A stretch of DNA of 64,000 bases from positions 1,632,001 to 1,696,000 of the forward strand of contig CAXXOA010000002.1 of NCBI GenBank assembly GCA_963666275.2, written 5' to 3'. Source of the stretch: Oceanispirochaeta sp. (GTDB lineage Bacteria; Spirochaetota; Spirochaetia; DSM-2461). The notes beneath the pieces were generated by a model. The model was not told where the DNA came from. It saw only the letters and a list, made by a program, of their open reading frames with translations, and searched no databases. Of this stretch, positions 1 through 10,091 are shown in pieces. Position numbers and translations under genes: made by a program. The stretch's first letter is position 1, and each line of letters begins with the position of its first letter.

Positions 1-419
1 CGCGGAGTCCCGGGAGAACTGCCGACTCGGTTCCGGGAAAGAGACGCATCCTTGTTATGGATGATGAAGAGATGATTCGGGAACTGGCAAAGGAGTTCAT
101 TATGGCTCTGGGGCACCGGGTGGATGTGTCGGAAAACGGTGATAAAGCGGTAGAGCTCTACACAGAAGCTATGGGAGAGAAGGACCCTTATGACATTGTC
201 ATTCTGGATCTGACAATCCGGGCAGGTAAGGGCGGCCGGGAAACATTAAAAGATCTCTATCAGATTGATCCGGATGTCAGGGCTGTTGTATCCAGCGGTT
301 ATTCGGATGATTCGGCCATCGCCAGCTACAGGGAACAGGGCTTTAAAGCGGTGCTGAACAAGCCCTACAACTTTGATAAGCTCAGAGAGACTCTCAATGC
401 CCTTCTGGAAGGTTTCTGA
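1..419 (+). CDS. C-terminal receiver (REC) domain, probably of a hybrid sensor histidine kinase (5'-truncated by window edge)
   Basis: Frame open from position 3. RILVMDDE...IVILDLT...VSSGYS...VLNKPY receiver motifs. Confidence 0.85.
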   Translation, partial: RSPGRTADSVPGKRRILVMDDEEMIRELAKEFIMALGHRVDVSENGDKAVELYTEAMGEKDPYDIVILDLTIRAGKGGRETLKDLYQIDPDVRAVVSSGYSDDSAIASYREQGFKAVLNKPYNFDKLRETLNALLEGF

Positions 420-433
420 GTTCAGCAGCCGGT

Positions 434-952
434 TTATTTTCCGGATTTTTTTCTTCCGGGCAGAACCGCATACTTCAGGCTCCCCCGGGGACAGGACGCG
501 ACGCACTCCAGGCAGCGGGAACAGCTGAAAGCGTCTCCGGAGGACTGTTTGTCCTGTTTATACAGGCTGTAGCTGTCATTCAGGCTTGAAATATAGCAGT
601 TCTTGTCACAGATCCCGCAGGATGTGCAGGTTTCACTGTCTTTCTGAATCCCGAAAAGACTGAACCTGTTGAAGAATCCACCCGCCCAGGCAATGGGACA
701 GCCCATTTTATGATACTGATACATCTGAGAGGCTTCGGAACCCTTCTTGTCTCCTCCCATCATAATTTCCATAAAAAAACCGATAGGACAGATCCAGCGG
801 CAGAACACTTTGCCCAGGAGGATTCCCAGTACAGCGCCGCCGAGGATTATATAGATCAGGGAGATCTGAAAGTAGGTCGCTCCCAAATAGAGTCCCGCTC
901 CGGCGGCGGCCTGAATAATGCGGCGTTTGGCGATAATTTTCTTTGTATTCAT
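434..952 (-). CDS. Membrane 4Fe-4S binding protein (NapH/MauN-like polyferredoxin)
   Basis: Hydrophobic N-terminus, FCRWICPIG and GCP motifs, CTSCGICDKNC and CSRCLECVASCP ferredoxin motifs. Confidence 0.85.
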   Translation of the reverse strand: MNTKKIIAKRRIIQAAAGAGLYLGATYFQISLIYIILGGAVLGILLGKVFCRWICPIGFFMEIMMGGDKKGSEASQMYQYHKMGCPIAWAGGFFNRFSLFGIQKDSETCTSCGICDKNCYISSLNDSYSLYKQDKQSSGDAFSCSRCLECVASCPRGSLKYAVLPGRKKSGK

Positions 953-990
953 TTGTAGATATATATGATTAATAGTATCTATATGTCAAG

Positions 991-1021
991 AAAAAAGCCC
1001 TTCCCTTGTTGGGAAGAGCCC
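991..1021 (-). terminator. Intrinsic terminator after pyrH
   Basis: Minus strand GGGCTCTTCCC-AACAA-GGGAAGGGC followed by a T run. Confidence 0.7.
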
Positions 1022-1041
1022 TATGAAGGGATCATCCGGAT

Positions 1042-1737
1042 TTATTCCGGACCGATGACTGTTCCCTCAAAATCGGATTCATCAAAAATTTTCCTGAGAT
1101 TTTCAAGATTTTTCCCGTCTGCAGCGATGACTCTGAGCTTCAGTTCCTTCGCTTTTCTGGTAGCAACAGGATCAAAAGGGGTATTCTTTCCGGGAGTCCA
1201 TGTGTCACCGCACATGACCTGGTATTCGGACCAGCTTATCCTGTCGAGAGGTTTCGCTTCCGGATCCAGATTCGGATCGGCGGTATAAACCTTTTTGATG
1301 TTGGAGAGATTAAGGATGGTGTGAGCCTGAAAAGTCTCCGCCAGCAGGGTGGCAATGTAGTCTGTGGACCAGCCGGGTTTCCATCCGGCGGCTACCAGAA
1401 CCCGTCCCTTCATGGCGCTTACAGTCGTGGGGTCGGTAACAACAGGATCCTGGCAGAGATCCCCCATGACCGCTTTCATAAGCTGTGAGTTCAGCCTTGT
1501 GGCCTGGATCCCGATCCAGTCAAGTTCTTCATCGGAAGGACTGGATTCAGTCTCCCTGTAAGCTGTCTGGTACTTTCTGGCCGGTGCACCTCCGCCAATG
1601 ATCAGAATGATTTTTCTTTCAGAGTCTTCCTCCAGCCAGGAAGTGAGAAAATCCCGCATATTTTTCAGAAAATCCGGGTCGATTTTCTCGGGAGCCACGA
1701 TTGAGCCTCCCAGATCCAGAATCTGTATTTTTTCCAT
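1042..1737 (-). CDS. pyrH: UMP kinase, archaeal/spirochaete type
   Basis: LGGS, GGGAPARKY, DWIGIQATRLN, GWSTD, VYTADP, PFDPVA and GTVI motifs of the amino-acid-kinase fold. Confidence 0.92.
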   Translation of the reverse strand: MEKIQILDLGGSIVAPEKIDPDFLKNMRDFLTSWLEEDSERKIILIIGGGAPARKYQTAYRETESSPSDEELDWIGIQATRLNSQLMKAVMGDLCQDPVVTDPTTVSAMKGRVLVAAGWKPGWSTDYIATLLAETFQAHTILNLSNIKKVYTADPNLDPEAKPLDRISWSEYQVMCGDTWTPGKNTPFDPVATRKAKELKLRVIAADGKNLENLRKIFDESDFEGTVIGPE

Positions 1738-1857
1738 ACCATAGCCCCCTTAGACCAAACGCACACATTCTATCGTTTCCCTTCCGGATTTGACAAGTCC
1801 CGCGCCGGGGGAATTTGCCTTGACAGTGCACCGTCTGATCGGGGTATAGTACTCACT

Positions 1858-2532
1858 ATGAAAAGAATTGTGATGGTTACACTGCTGTTACTCTCAGCAG
1901 GACTTTATACACTGGCCGCTCAGGAAACAGCGGAAAGATTTTTTGATGGAATTTCTGAATATTACGGCTCTATAACAGACTATGAAGGGGATCTTGTCAT
2001 TTCCAGGGGAGATCTTGTACAGAGAGCCCGTATTTCCTACAAAACACCCAATATGCTCCGTCTGGATTTTACCGATCCGGAAGGGCAGGTTATGGTTGTC
2101 AATAACGAGAAACTGGAACTCTACCTTCCCGACTACAGGGTTTCCTTTGTTCAGCCCATCGGCAATCACAGCGATTCGGCTCTGGCAAATATGGCCAACT
2201 CACAGGGACTGACTCTTATGAAAGCCAATTACAGTATCGGATATGTTTCCGGTCCCGCTCCGGTTCCTCTGGAGGAAGGCTCTCTTGAGGTGGTTACCAA
2301 GCTGAAGCTGAACTGGCGGTCCACAAGCGAAGGGTTCCGGGAACTGACCCTCAGCATAGGGGAAAACAACCTGATCCGCAGGATTGAGGGGCTGACAACA
2401 GGAATGGAAACTGTTGTTTTTGATTTTGTAAACCTTGAAGTCAATAAGGGTATTCCCGATGCCCGGTTTGATTATAAGAGTCCTCCCGAAGGAAATACCA
2501 TTGAAAATTTTCTATTTGAACCGGAAAACTGA
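1858..2532 (+). CDS. lolA: Outer-membrane lipoprotein carrier protein LolA family
   Basis: Signal peptide, YKTPNMLRLDF..P.GQ.MV.N and C-terminal N.GIPD..F...PP. Lies upstream of rodZ-rimO. Confidence 0.8.
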   Translation: MKRIVMVTLLLLSAGLYTLAAQETAERFFDGISEYYGSITDYEGDLVISRGDLVQRARISYKTPNMLRLDFTDPEGQVMVVNNEKLELYLPDYRVSFVQPIGNHSDSALANMANSQGLTLMKANYSIGYVSGPAPVPLEEGSLEVVTKLKLNWRSTSEGFRELTLSIGENNLIRRIEGLTTGMETVVFDFVNLEVNKGIPDARFDYKSPPEGNTIENFLFEPEN

Positions 2533-2538
2533 GTTAGT

Positions 2539-3612
2539 ATGAAGTCCATAGGCGAAACATTAAAAGAAGCTAGAGAAGCAAAAGGCGCAACCATTCAGCA
2601 GATCGCGCTGGATCTCAATATTTCTAAAGAGTATCTGATCGGTCTGGAGGAAGAGCAGTTTGAAATCTTTCCTGCCGAAACCTATCTTCTCGGATTTCTG
2701 AGGAATTATTCTGACTACCTTGGTCTGGATGTAGACAAGACCATAAGCCTTTATAAAAACTATAAAATCAGTGAAGAACCAGCTCCTCTGGAGGAGCTGG
2801 TGGGACAGCAGAAACAGCCTGTGAGAATTCCCGGAAAGCTGATCCTTATAGTCCTGCTGCTGGCTGTTCTGGCCGGAGCGGTATGGTTCGGGATCCAGTT
2901 CTTTGCTCCCCGGTTTCAGGAGAGCCAGACGGCCGTGGAAATTTACACTCCCCTTGACTACAGTCTGGATCAGACTTCAGCGGAATGGCAGCTCCACGAA
3001 GGCGACAGAATCCTTGTTCCCTATCAGGACGGTGAAGTCGTTATGACAGTCGCTCTGGAGGAGAACCGCTGCCGGATTGAAATTTCCGATCTGCCCGCCG
3101 AGGACATCAATCTTTTTCCCGGAGACGAGAAAATCCTTCCCGGGGGAGACGGAATCCCGGTGATCCGGCTGAAACTGATTGCCCTGGATGAGTCTGGTGC
3201 CCGGCTCTACGCGGAACGGACCGATGTGGCCGCTCCCGAAGTATCCGAAGCGGTATCAAATACACTCCCTGTGAATCCGGAAATGGTGGAAGAAGCCGAG
3301 AGTGTGCTTCTTGCCGGTCTGGACAGACCTGAAGATTTTACTTTGAATGCCCAGTTTAATAACTACTGCCTTTTCCGCTACCAGGTGGACGGAGATGCGG
3401 CTGTGGAAAAGTACTATAATGAAGGTGACCGTATCCGCCTGGATGCCCGCCAGCAGCTGATGATCTGGGGATCCAGCGGCGGTGCTGTTTCTCTGACCAT
3501 TTCCGGGGTGACTATTGATCCCGGTAAATCCGGAGAAGTCCTTGTCAAATTTATTAAATGGATGGAAAACGATGAAGGAAAATATGACCTCGTCCTCTTC
3601 CCGGTCCAGTAA
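2539..3612 (+). CDS. rodZ: RodZ-like HTH membrane protein
   Basis: IGETLKEARE...LEEEQFEIFPAETYLLGFLRNYSDYLGLD HTH, one TM helix, extracytoplasmic domain. Confidence 0.8.
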   Translation: MKSIGETLKEAREAKGATIQQIALDLNISKEYLIGLEEEQFEIFPAETYLLGFLRNYSDYLGLDVDKTISLYKNYKISEEPAPLEELVGQQKQPVRIPGKLILIVLLLAVLAGAVWFGIQFFAPRFQESQTAVEIYTPLDYSLDQTSAEWQLHEGDRILVPYQDGEVVMTVALEENRCRIEISDLPAEDINLFPGDEKILPGGDGIPVIRLKLIALDESGARLYAERTDVAAPEVSEAVSNTLPVNPEMVEEAESVLLAGLDRPEDFTLNAQFNNYCLFRYQVDGDAAVEKYYNEGDRIRLDARQQLMIWGSSGGAVSLTISGVTIDPGKSGEVLVKFIKWMENDEGKYDLVLFPVQ

Positions 3613-4936
3613 ATCATTTTATGTAGAGAATCTCGGCTGTTCAAAAAATCAGGTTGATGCGGAAACAATTATCTCAGCACTGAAAAAAGCCGGCTGGTCC
3701 TACTGTGAGACTCCCGAAAGGGCCGAACTTATTATTGTGAATACCTGCGGATTTATTCAGTCTGCCAAAGAGGAATCTATACAGACGATCTTTGATTTCA
3801 GACAGGCCTATCCGGACAGAAAAGTTCTGGCTGCAGGCTGTTTTGCCCAGCGCTACAATAAAGATCTTCTCGAGATGATCCCTGAACTGGATGGGGTTTT
3901 CGGAAACAGGGCTCCTGCTCTTATCCCGGGAATCCTGGATGGTGTAATGGCCGGAGACAAACCGGTTTACATGCCCGAACCCGATCTGTATCAGCCCGAA
4001 AGGGAGGATTTCTTTTCTTTCAAAGGCTCTGCTTTTGTAAAAATCGGCGAGGGCTGCAACAACAGGTGCAAGTTCTGCGCCATACCTCTGATCAAGGGGG
4101 ATCTTCAGAGCCGGACAATGGATTCGATTCTGGAGGAGATCCGGAATCTCCTGTCTCAGGGCATTTTTGAACTGAATCTTGTGGCCCAGGATCTGGCGGG
4201 ATTCGGTACCGACAGGGGCGAGAGGGAACTGCCGGAGCTTCTGAAAAGGATCTCTGCTCTGGAAGGTCAATTCTGGCTCAGACTGCTGTATATTCATCCC
4301 GATCACTTCCCCATGGAAATCCTGCCTATCATGAAAAAGGACCCCAGGATTCTTCCGTATTTTGATATTCCCTTTCAGCACGCAGATCCTGCTATTCTGC
4401 GGAAAATGGGACGCCGGGGAGACAGGGAAACCTATCTGAACCTGATTAAAACCCTGAGGGATGAGTTTCCCCAGGGAGTCATTCGGTCTTCTATTATGAC
4501 AGGATTCCCCGGGGAAACGAAAAAAACTTTTGCCGAACTGGAAAGGTTTCTCATCGAAGCCCGTCTGGACTGGGCCGGATTTTTCCTCTACTCCCGGGAA
4601 GAGGGAACCGAGGCGTACAATTACAGAGGCGCCCTGGGGACAAAACTGGCAGCCCGGCGCTCGGAAAGACAGAAGGAAAAACTGGAAACCCTCCAGATGC
4701 AGATTTCCGAAGAACGGATGGACCGGTTTGTGGGGGAGGAACTTCTTCTGATTGTGGAAGAAGAAGTTCAGGAAGAACCTCTCTACCTGACAAGAGCCTA
4801 TATGCAGGCTCCCGAAGTGGACGGTCTGGTTGTTCTCAGGGCCGAGAATCTGGAACCCGGCAGGATTGTCCGGGGAAAGATCATCAGAAGAAACTCTCTG
4901 GATCTGGAAGCTGTTCTGGCAGGCCCGGTCGAATGA
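3584..4936 (+). CDS. rimO: Ribosomal protein S12 methylthiotransferase RimO
   Basis: LGCSKNQVD, VNTCGFI, radical-SAM CNNRCKFC, APEVDG TRAM domain. Start reassigned to ATG 3584 behind AAGGA. Confidence 0.93.
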   Translation: MTSSSSRSSKSFYVENLGCSKNQVDAETIISALKKAGWSYCETPERAELIIVNTCGFIQSAKEESIQTIFDFRQAYPDRKVLAAGCFAQRYNKDLLEMIPELDGVFGNRAPALIPGILDGVMAGDKPVYMPEPDLYQPEREDFFSFKGSAFVKIGEGCNNRCKFCAIPLIKGDLQSRTMDSILEEIRNLLSQGIFELNLVAQDLAGFGTDRGERELPELLKRISALEGQFWLRLLYIHPDHFPMEILPIMKKDPRILPYFDIPFQHADPAILRKMGRRGDRETYLNLIKTLRDEFPQGVIRSSIMTGFPGETKKTFAELERFLIEARLDWAGFFLYSREEGTEAYNYRGALGTKLAARRSERQKEKLETLQMQISEERMDRFVGEELLLIVEEEVQEEPLYLTRAYMQAPEVDGLVVLRAENLEPGRIVRGKIIRRNSLDLEAVLAGPVE

Positions 4937-7029
4937 CAGATCTCTCCTGGCTGGAAGCTTTAAATGGAGAACAGAAGAAAGCCGTTCAGCATGCCCATGA
5001 ACCTCTGCTGATTCTGGCAGGAGCCGGTTCGGGAAAAACCCGGGTTGTCACAACCAGAATTGCCTATCTCGTACAGGAACTGGGGTTTCAGCCCCATTCG
5101 ATCCTGGCAGTCACCTTTACCAATAAGGCTGCTGCGGAGATGAGGGAAAGGGTGGCTCAGCTTGTTCCCGAAGCCCAGGGGGTCATGATCCGGACTTTTC
5201 ACTCCTTCGGCGCCTGGCTTCTCAGAAGAAACGGCGCGTCGGTAGGGCTGAAAAGCAGTTTTACCATCTATGATGACGAAGATGTCAAAGGACTTCTCAA
5301 AACCCTTTTCGGCAATCTGCCCCGGAATGAACTGAAGAGGATTGCCAGCAATATCTCCCGTGCCAAGGACGAGTGTCTCATGCCGACGGATGAGCTGGGG
5401 CACATCAGTGCGGATCCCGACTTCCCCGGATATTATGAACAGTACGAAACCCGCCTCAGGCAGATCGGAAATGCCGATTTCGGTGACCTGATCTCTCTGA
5501 CAAAAAGGCTTCTTGAAGAGAATGCCGAAGTCCGGCAGAGAATTCAGCAGAGGTTCCGTGTGATTCTGGTGGATGAATACCAGGATTCCAACAAGGCTCA
5601 GTTTCAGCTCCTCCAGCAGCTGGTGTCCCCTGATACCTGGCTCTGTGTGGTCGGAGACGATGACCAGTCCATCTACCGCTTCAGAGGGGCGGAAGTGGAG
5701 AATATCCTGGGTTTTCAGGATCAGTTTCCCGGTACAAAGGTTATAAAGCTGGAGGAGAACTACCGTTCTACAGGACATATCCTGGCGGTGGCTTCAGAGG
5801 TTGTCTCCCATAACCAGGGCCGGCTGGGAAAAAGTCTGTGGACAAGAAAAGACGAGGGGAAAAAACCCCGTCTTGTCTATCTGAGAGATCAGGATGAAGA
5901 GGCCCGATTCTGCGTGCAGATGATTTCTGACGGACATTACGGCAATACGGCCATCCTCTACAGAACCAATGCCCAGTCCCGTATCTTTGAGAAAATATTC
6001 CGCAGTGAAAATATCCCATACAGGCTCGTGGGGACCGTCAGCTTCTACAGCCGTGAAGAAGTCAAGGACTCTCTGGCCTATCTGGGGTTTTTAAGCAATC
6101 CCGCCGATGAAATCGCCTTCCGGCGGATCATCAATAAACCGGTCCGGGGGATCGGGGCGGTCTCGGTCAAAAAAATCCTCACCAGAGACGGCACCTCCCT
6201 CGTGAGCGGAGATATCATGCCCTCCCTGGCTCTGGCTCCCGGGTTTATCCGGGGAAAAGCCCGGAAGGGAATAGAAGAGTTCAATAGAATTATCAACGAG
6301 CTGAAAGAGTCCCTGCCGCAGCAGGAGAATCTCGGTGCATTTCTGAAAAATCTGATTATCGACACGGGACTGCTTGATCACTATAAAGAGCAGGACAGGA
6401 TCGAGAACACCCAGAGGGTCGGAAACCTGGAGGAGCTTGTCTCCGCCGCATCCGAATATCCTGCCACCCCCGAGGGGCTGGCCGAATTTCTGGAACTGAT
6501 AGAACTGGATCAGGCCAGCCTGGAAGAGGAAGAAACCGATCTGAACAGGGTGACTCTGATTACCATGCACAATACCAAGGGCCTGGAGTTCGACCGGGTT
6601 TTCATAACCGGCCTGGAGGAAGGGCTTTTTCCCCGGGGAAGCCTTTATGATGATGAAGAGGAGATCGAAGAGGAGCGCCGGCTGTTTTATGTCAGTATTA
6701 CCCGGGCCAGAAAGGAGCTCTATCTGACAAGCTGCCGTCGGAGGATGCTTTACGGCCGGACCGAAGAGGCTCTGCCCAGCCGGTTCCTGGAGGAGCTGCC
6801 CCGGGATCATATCGAAGTGGAGGGCGCGGAAAAAGCGGCTCCTGTCCAGTCGGACTATCCCCCGGGAACCCGGATCTATCACGAGGATTACGGGGTGGGC
6901 GAAGTGATAAGCAATGTGGAGAACAGCGGACATCTTGTCATAATGGTCCGTTTTGAAACAGGTCAGTCCATGACGTTTCTGCCCGAGTTTAGCGGGTATC
7001 AGCTGGAAAAACTGGGAGGAGAATGGTGA
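4933..7029 (+). CDS. pcrA: ATP-dependent DNA helicase UvrD/PcrA
   Basis: AGAGSGKT, TFTNKAA, VDEYQD, VGDDDQSIY.FRGA, NYRS, TMH..KGLEF, EERRLFYV..TRA. Confidence 0.93.
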   Translation: MTDLSWLEALNGEQKKAVQHAHEPLLILAGAGSGKTRVVTTRIAYLVQELGFQPHSILAVTFTNKAAAEMRERVAQLVPEAQGVMIRTFHSFGAWLLRRNGASVGLKSSFTIYDDEDVKGLLKTLFGNLPRNELKRIASNISRAKDECLMPTDELGHISADPDFPGYYEQYETRLRQIGNADFGDLISLTKRLLEENAEVRQRIQQRFRVILVDEYQDSNKAQFQLLQQLVSPDTWLCVVGDDDQSIYRFRGAEVENILGFQDQFPGTKVIKLEENYRSTGHILAVASEVVSHNQGRLGKSLWTRKDEGKKPRLVYLRDQDEEARFCVQMISDGHYGNTAILYRTNAQSRIFEKIFRSENIPYRLVGTVSFYSREEVKDSLAYLGFLSNPADEIAFRRIINKPVRGIGAVSVKKILTRDGTSLVSGDIMPSLALAPGFIRGKARKGIEEFNRIINELKESLPQQENLGAFLKNLIIDTGLLDHYKEQDRIENTQRVGNLEELVSAASEYPATPEGLAEFLELIELDQASLEEEETDLNRVTLITMHNTKGLEFDRVFITGLEEGLFPRGSLYDDEEEIEEERRLFYVSITRARKELYLTSCRRRMLYGRTEEALPSRFLEELPRDHIEVEGAEKAAPVQSDYPPGTRIYHEDYGVGEVISNVENSGHLVIMVRFETGQSMTFLPEFSGYQLEKLGGEW

Positions 7030-7823
7030 TGGCACCGGATCTGAAACTACTAAAAGAACTGCCTGTTATCCGGAGGGCCCGGGACTTTCACCTTTACGAC
7101 AATGGGGGGCGCCGGTTTCTGGATCTTTATCTGAACGGAGGGCGGGCCATTCTGGGCCATCGGCCGGATAAACTCTCTCTGGAACTGAAAAATACCCTTT
7201 CCCGGGGCGTTTATGCGGAGTATCCCTCTCACGAGGAGAAAAAACTGCTCAAAGCGGCCCGGGCACTCTGGGGGGAAATGTTTCCTCAGATAGGCTATTA
7301 CAGGGATCCTCTTGCTCTGATGAGCTGGTTCCGGCAGAACGGGATTTTTTCTGAACAGGACGAGATTGCGGATCCCGCCGCCCCGGCTACATCGAAAGTC
7401 TCTCTCTGGAGACCCTGGCTTCCCCTTCAGGAAGAGGTTCGCTACGCTCTTCCTGTTCTACCTCTCCCCGGCATGGAAAGGGGAATCATACTCTGTTCCC
7501 GGGATAATCTGCCCCTCCCCGAGGGGGAGTCTCCCTCTCCGGTGATCGCCGCCGGTCTGACCCGCTGTCTCTGGAGCCTGAAATCCCGGATGGACAGACC
7601 GGAATATTTCAGCGGAATAAGCGAAGAGGTTCTGCCCGGTTTTGAAGGATGGACCCGCAGAGGGCCCTATCTGATGTATAATGGCACAAAAGAGGAGTAT
7701 ACCGCCCTGTTCCGGAAAAAACTGGAAGCGGGAATCCTCATTCCTCCCGATCCGGCTCTGCCGGCAATCCTGCCCGGAGAGCTGACCACGGGAGATCTGA
7801 AAATTCTGAAGAAAAATTTCTGA
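7023..7823 (+). CDS. Hypothetical protein with aminotransferase class-III-like N-terminus (start could be 7029)
   Basis: RRARDFHLYD..GRRFLDL....G..ILGH resembles the N-terminus of class-III PLP enzymes, but the protein is only 266 aa. Confidence 0.6.
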   Translation: MVMAPDLKLLKELPVIRRARDFHLYDNGGRRFLDLYLNGGRAILGHRPDKLSLELKNTLSRGVYAEYPSHEEKKLLKAARALWGEMFPQIGYYRDPLALMSWFRQNGIFSEQDEIADPAAPATSKVSLWRPWLPLQEEVRYALPVLPLPGMERGIILCSRDNLPLPEGESPSPVIAAGLTRCLWSLKSRMDRPEYFSGISEEVLPGFEGWTRRGPYLMYNGTKEEYTALFRKKLEAGILIPPDPALPAILPGELTTGDLKILKKNF

Positions 7824-7838
7824 AACCGGGAGATAGGT

Positions 7839-8132
7839 ATGGACTATGTATGGACCCTGCTGATTCAATGTACTGTCAGTTTCCTTTCGGCTTTCCTGGC
7901 AATCTGGGTCTGGACCCGGAGCAGGCAGGCGGGCTGGCTATTTCTGATTCTGGGTTGTCTGTTTCACTTCCTCCTGCTCCTTCTGGAGGTTTTGTCCCTT
8001 TTCGGGATTCTTCCCTACGATTACAGGAACCCCGGAGCTCTGCCGCTCTGGCTCTCCCTGTCCCGGTCCCTCCCGTATCTGCTCTATTCCGCGGGATTTT
8101 TCCTTTTCATCAGAAAGAACCATTTCTTTTAG
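7839..8132 (+). CDS. Small membrane protein (about 3 TM)
   Basis: GGAG RBS upstream, hydrophobic 97 aa, fits the operon. Confidence 0.6.
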   Translation: MDYVWTLLIQCTVSFLSAFLAIWVWTRSRQAGWLFLILGCLFHFLLLLLEVLSLFGILPYDYRNPGALPLWLSLSRSLPYLLYSAGFFLFIRKNHFF

Positions 8133-8247
8133 ATAAAGTATTGTCAGCAGGGGAGTTCCATATTGACAAATATTCTTCCTTATGGGAGACTAGTGAACCC
8201 GTTACGACTATAAAAAAGACCTATATTGGATAAGGCAGTAAAAAGAA

Positions 8248-8676
8248 ATGAAAACAATTTTTGTTAAACCTAATGAAGTAGAGCGCAAATGGTACGTCAT
8301 TGACGCTGCTGGTCAGCCTCTCGGCCGTGTCGCAGTTAAAGCCGCCTGGATACTGCGCGGAAAGAATAAAGCTCTCTATACCCCTCACCAGGAAGTGGGT
8401 GATTACGTAATTATCGTTAATGCCAAAGAGGCAGTTATGACCGGTAATAAAAGAGCTGACAAGATGTATTACAGACACTCAGGCTACCTGGGCGGAATGA
8501 AATCTGAAAACTATGAAAAACTGGTTGCCAGAAAACCCACAGCTCCCATGGAAAAAGCTGTTAAGGGTATGCTCCCCAAAGGACCCCTTGGAAACAAACT
8601 TTATTCCAACGTAAAAATTTATGCCGGTGCAGAACATCCTCACGTGGCTCAGCAGCCCGTAAAGATTGAGATGTAA
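8248..8676 (+). CDS. rplM: 50S ribosomal protein L13
   Basis: [34 protein letters not shown]. Confidence 0.98.
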   Translation: MKTIFVKPNEVERKWYVIDAAGQPLGRVAVKAAWILRGKNKALYTPHQEVGDYVIIVNAKEAVMTGNKRADKMYYRHSGYLGGMKSENYEKLVARKPTAPMEKAVKGMLPKGPLGNKLYSNVKIYAGAEHPHVAQQPVKIEM

Positions 8677-8693
8677 GGAACAGGAGAAAAACA

Positions 8694-9086
8694 GTGATTA
8701 AAAATCTTGCACATGGAACAGGAAGAAGAAAAACAGCCACTGCTCGTGTTTATCTGAGACAGGGCAAAGGTGAAATTAAAGTAAACGGCAAAGCGATCAA
8801 TGAGTTCTTCCCTATTGATCAGCAGGTTGCCATGATCCGTCAGCCTCTGGTTGTGACTGACAGTGATGACAAATACGATATTCTGATCAACGTGAAAGGC
8901 GGAGGAATCAGCGGTCAGGCCGGTGCCTGTCGTCATGGTATTTCAAGAGCTCTTGTAGAGCTGGATGAAGCCAACAGGCCTTCCCTTAAAGCCAACGGTT
9001 TCCTCACAAGGGACTCCAGAATGGTAGAGAGAAAGAAGTATGGACAGAAAGGAGCCAGAAGAAGGTTCCAGTTCTCCAAACGTTAA
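8694..9086 (+). CDS. rpsI: 30S ribosomal protein S9
   Basis: [33 protein letters not shown]. Confidence 0.98.
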   Translation: MIKNLAHGTGRRKTATARVYLRQGKGEIKVNGKAINEFFPIDQQVAMIRQPLVVTDSDDKYDILINVKGGGISGQAGACRHGISRALVELDEANRPSLKANGFLTRDSRMVERKKYGQKGARRRFQFSKR

Positions 9087-9693
9087 TCTCCATATCGCGG
9101 ATTTGCGAAGAAGAGGAACCAGAGAGGAAACGGTCGCCGTTACCCTCTCAGAGGGTTCCTCTTTTTTTATTCCCCTGGAATGGAGCCGGGAGTTTCCCAA
9201 AGGGACTCCCCTGGGCGAAGAACAACTGGAAAGGATACAGCAGGCGGATCAGTATATCCGCTGCAGAGAGTGGGGTGCCTCTTTCCTCGCCTCCCGGGAA
9301 GAGTCCTCGGGAAGGCTTGTCCTGAAGATGATACAGCGGGGATTTGACAGGGAAACGGGCCTGAGGGTTCTGGCAGAGCTGCAGGAACTTGGATTTCAGG
9401 ATGATCATCGCTTTGCAGAGCAGTGGATCCGTTCCCGGTGCCGCCGTCACCCCGAGAGCCGTTCTCATATGGAAGCCGGCCTTGTCCAGAGGGGGGTGGA
9501 GAGAGATCTTGCCCGTCAGGTCCTCAGGGAGGAAGTGAGTGAAGAGGATGAGCAGGAGATGCTGGTCCTCTATATAGAAAAGGTTATTCCTCCCGGAAAA
9601 ACCCCGGATGAGAAGGTGATTCGCAGAATCATGCGCCGCGGTTTTTCCTACAATCGCATAAAAGATTATTTATTTCGTAGAAATGGCGAATAA
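9040..9693 (+). CDS. recX: Regulatory protein RecX (start uncertain; overlaps rpsI)
   Basis: LASREES...L..K..RGF, L.ELGFQDD.RFAEQW, L.QRGV and RRGFSY RecX repeats. Confidence 0.8.
   Translation: MDRKEPEEGSSSPNVNLHIADLRRRGTREETVAVTLSEGSSFFIPLEWSREFPKGTPLGEEQLERIQQADQYIRCREWGASFLASREESSGRLVLKMIQRGFDRETGLRVLAELQELGFQDDHRFAEQWIRSRCRRHPESRSHMEAGLVQRGVERDLARQVLREEVSEEDEQEMLVLYIEKVIPPGKTPDEKVIRRIMRRGFSYNRIKDYLFRRNGE
9110..9168 (+). terminator. Long hairpin plus T tract downstream of rpsI, inside recX
   Basis: AAGAGGAACC (9111-9120) pairs with GGTTCCTCTT (9154-9163). Inner stems GAGAGG/CCTCTC and AACGG/CCGTT. T run to 9168. Confidence 0.65.
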
Positions 9694-9740
9694 ACCGCGC
9701 TATAATGAAACATAATTCAGAGGCTGAGGATGTTGATTCT

Positions 9741-10091
9741 ATGAGTGCAGAAAAAAATATACTTGTCGTTGAAGATGAAGATGCGATACGTCTGACTTTA
9801 CGGGATTATCTTGTAAAGAAAGGGTATAAAGTCTTTGTGGCTTCCGATGGAGTAGGGGCTATCAAGCAGCTTCTGGATAACCCGCAGATCAAGGTTATTG
9901 TCAGCGATTATCGCATGGAGATCCTCGGTGGAGATTACTGGATCAAATTCCTTTCCCACTACTGCAGAGATCTTGAAATCATCATTACCAGCGGATTTCT
10001 CCGTCCCGAGTTTCCCATCCCTTTTAAAGTTTTTTACAAGCCCTATGATTATGCCGATCTAGAATCGGCTCTGGGGGAGTGTTTTTCCTGA
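9741..10091 (+). CDS. Single-domain response regulator
   Basis: ILVVEDE, IVSDYRM, IITSG, KP. Start moved to ATG 9741 because ATG 9705 overlaps a TATAAT and GAGGA precedes 9741. Confidence 0.85.
   Translation: MSAEKNILVVEDEDAIRLTLRDYLVKKGYKVFVASDGVGAIKQLLDNPQIKVIVSDYRMEILGGDYWIKFLSHYCRDLEIIITSGFLRPEFPIPFKVFYKPYDYADLESALGECFS

Noticed and set aside
1042..1737. Archaeal-type PyrH as a recent horizontal transfer
   Set aside because: This type is already known from spirochaetes, so it is not novel here.
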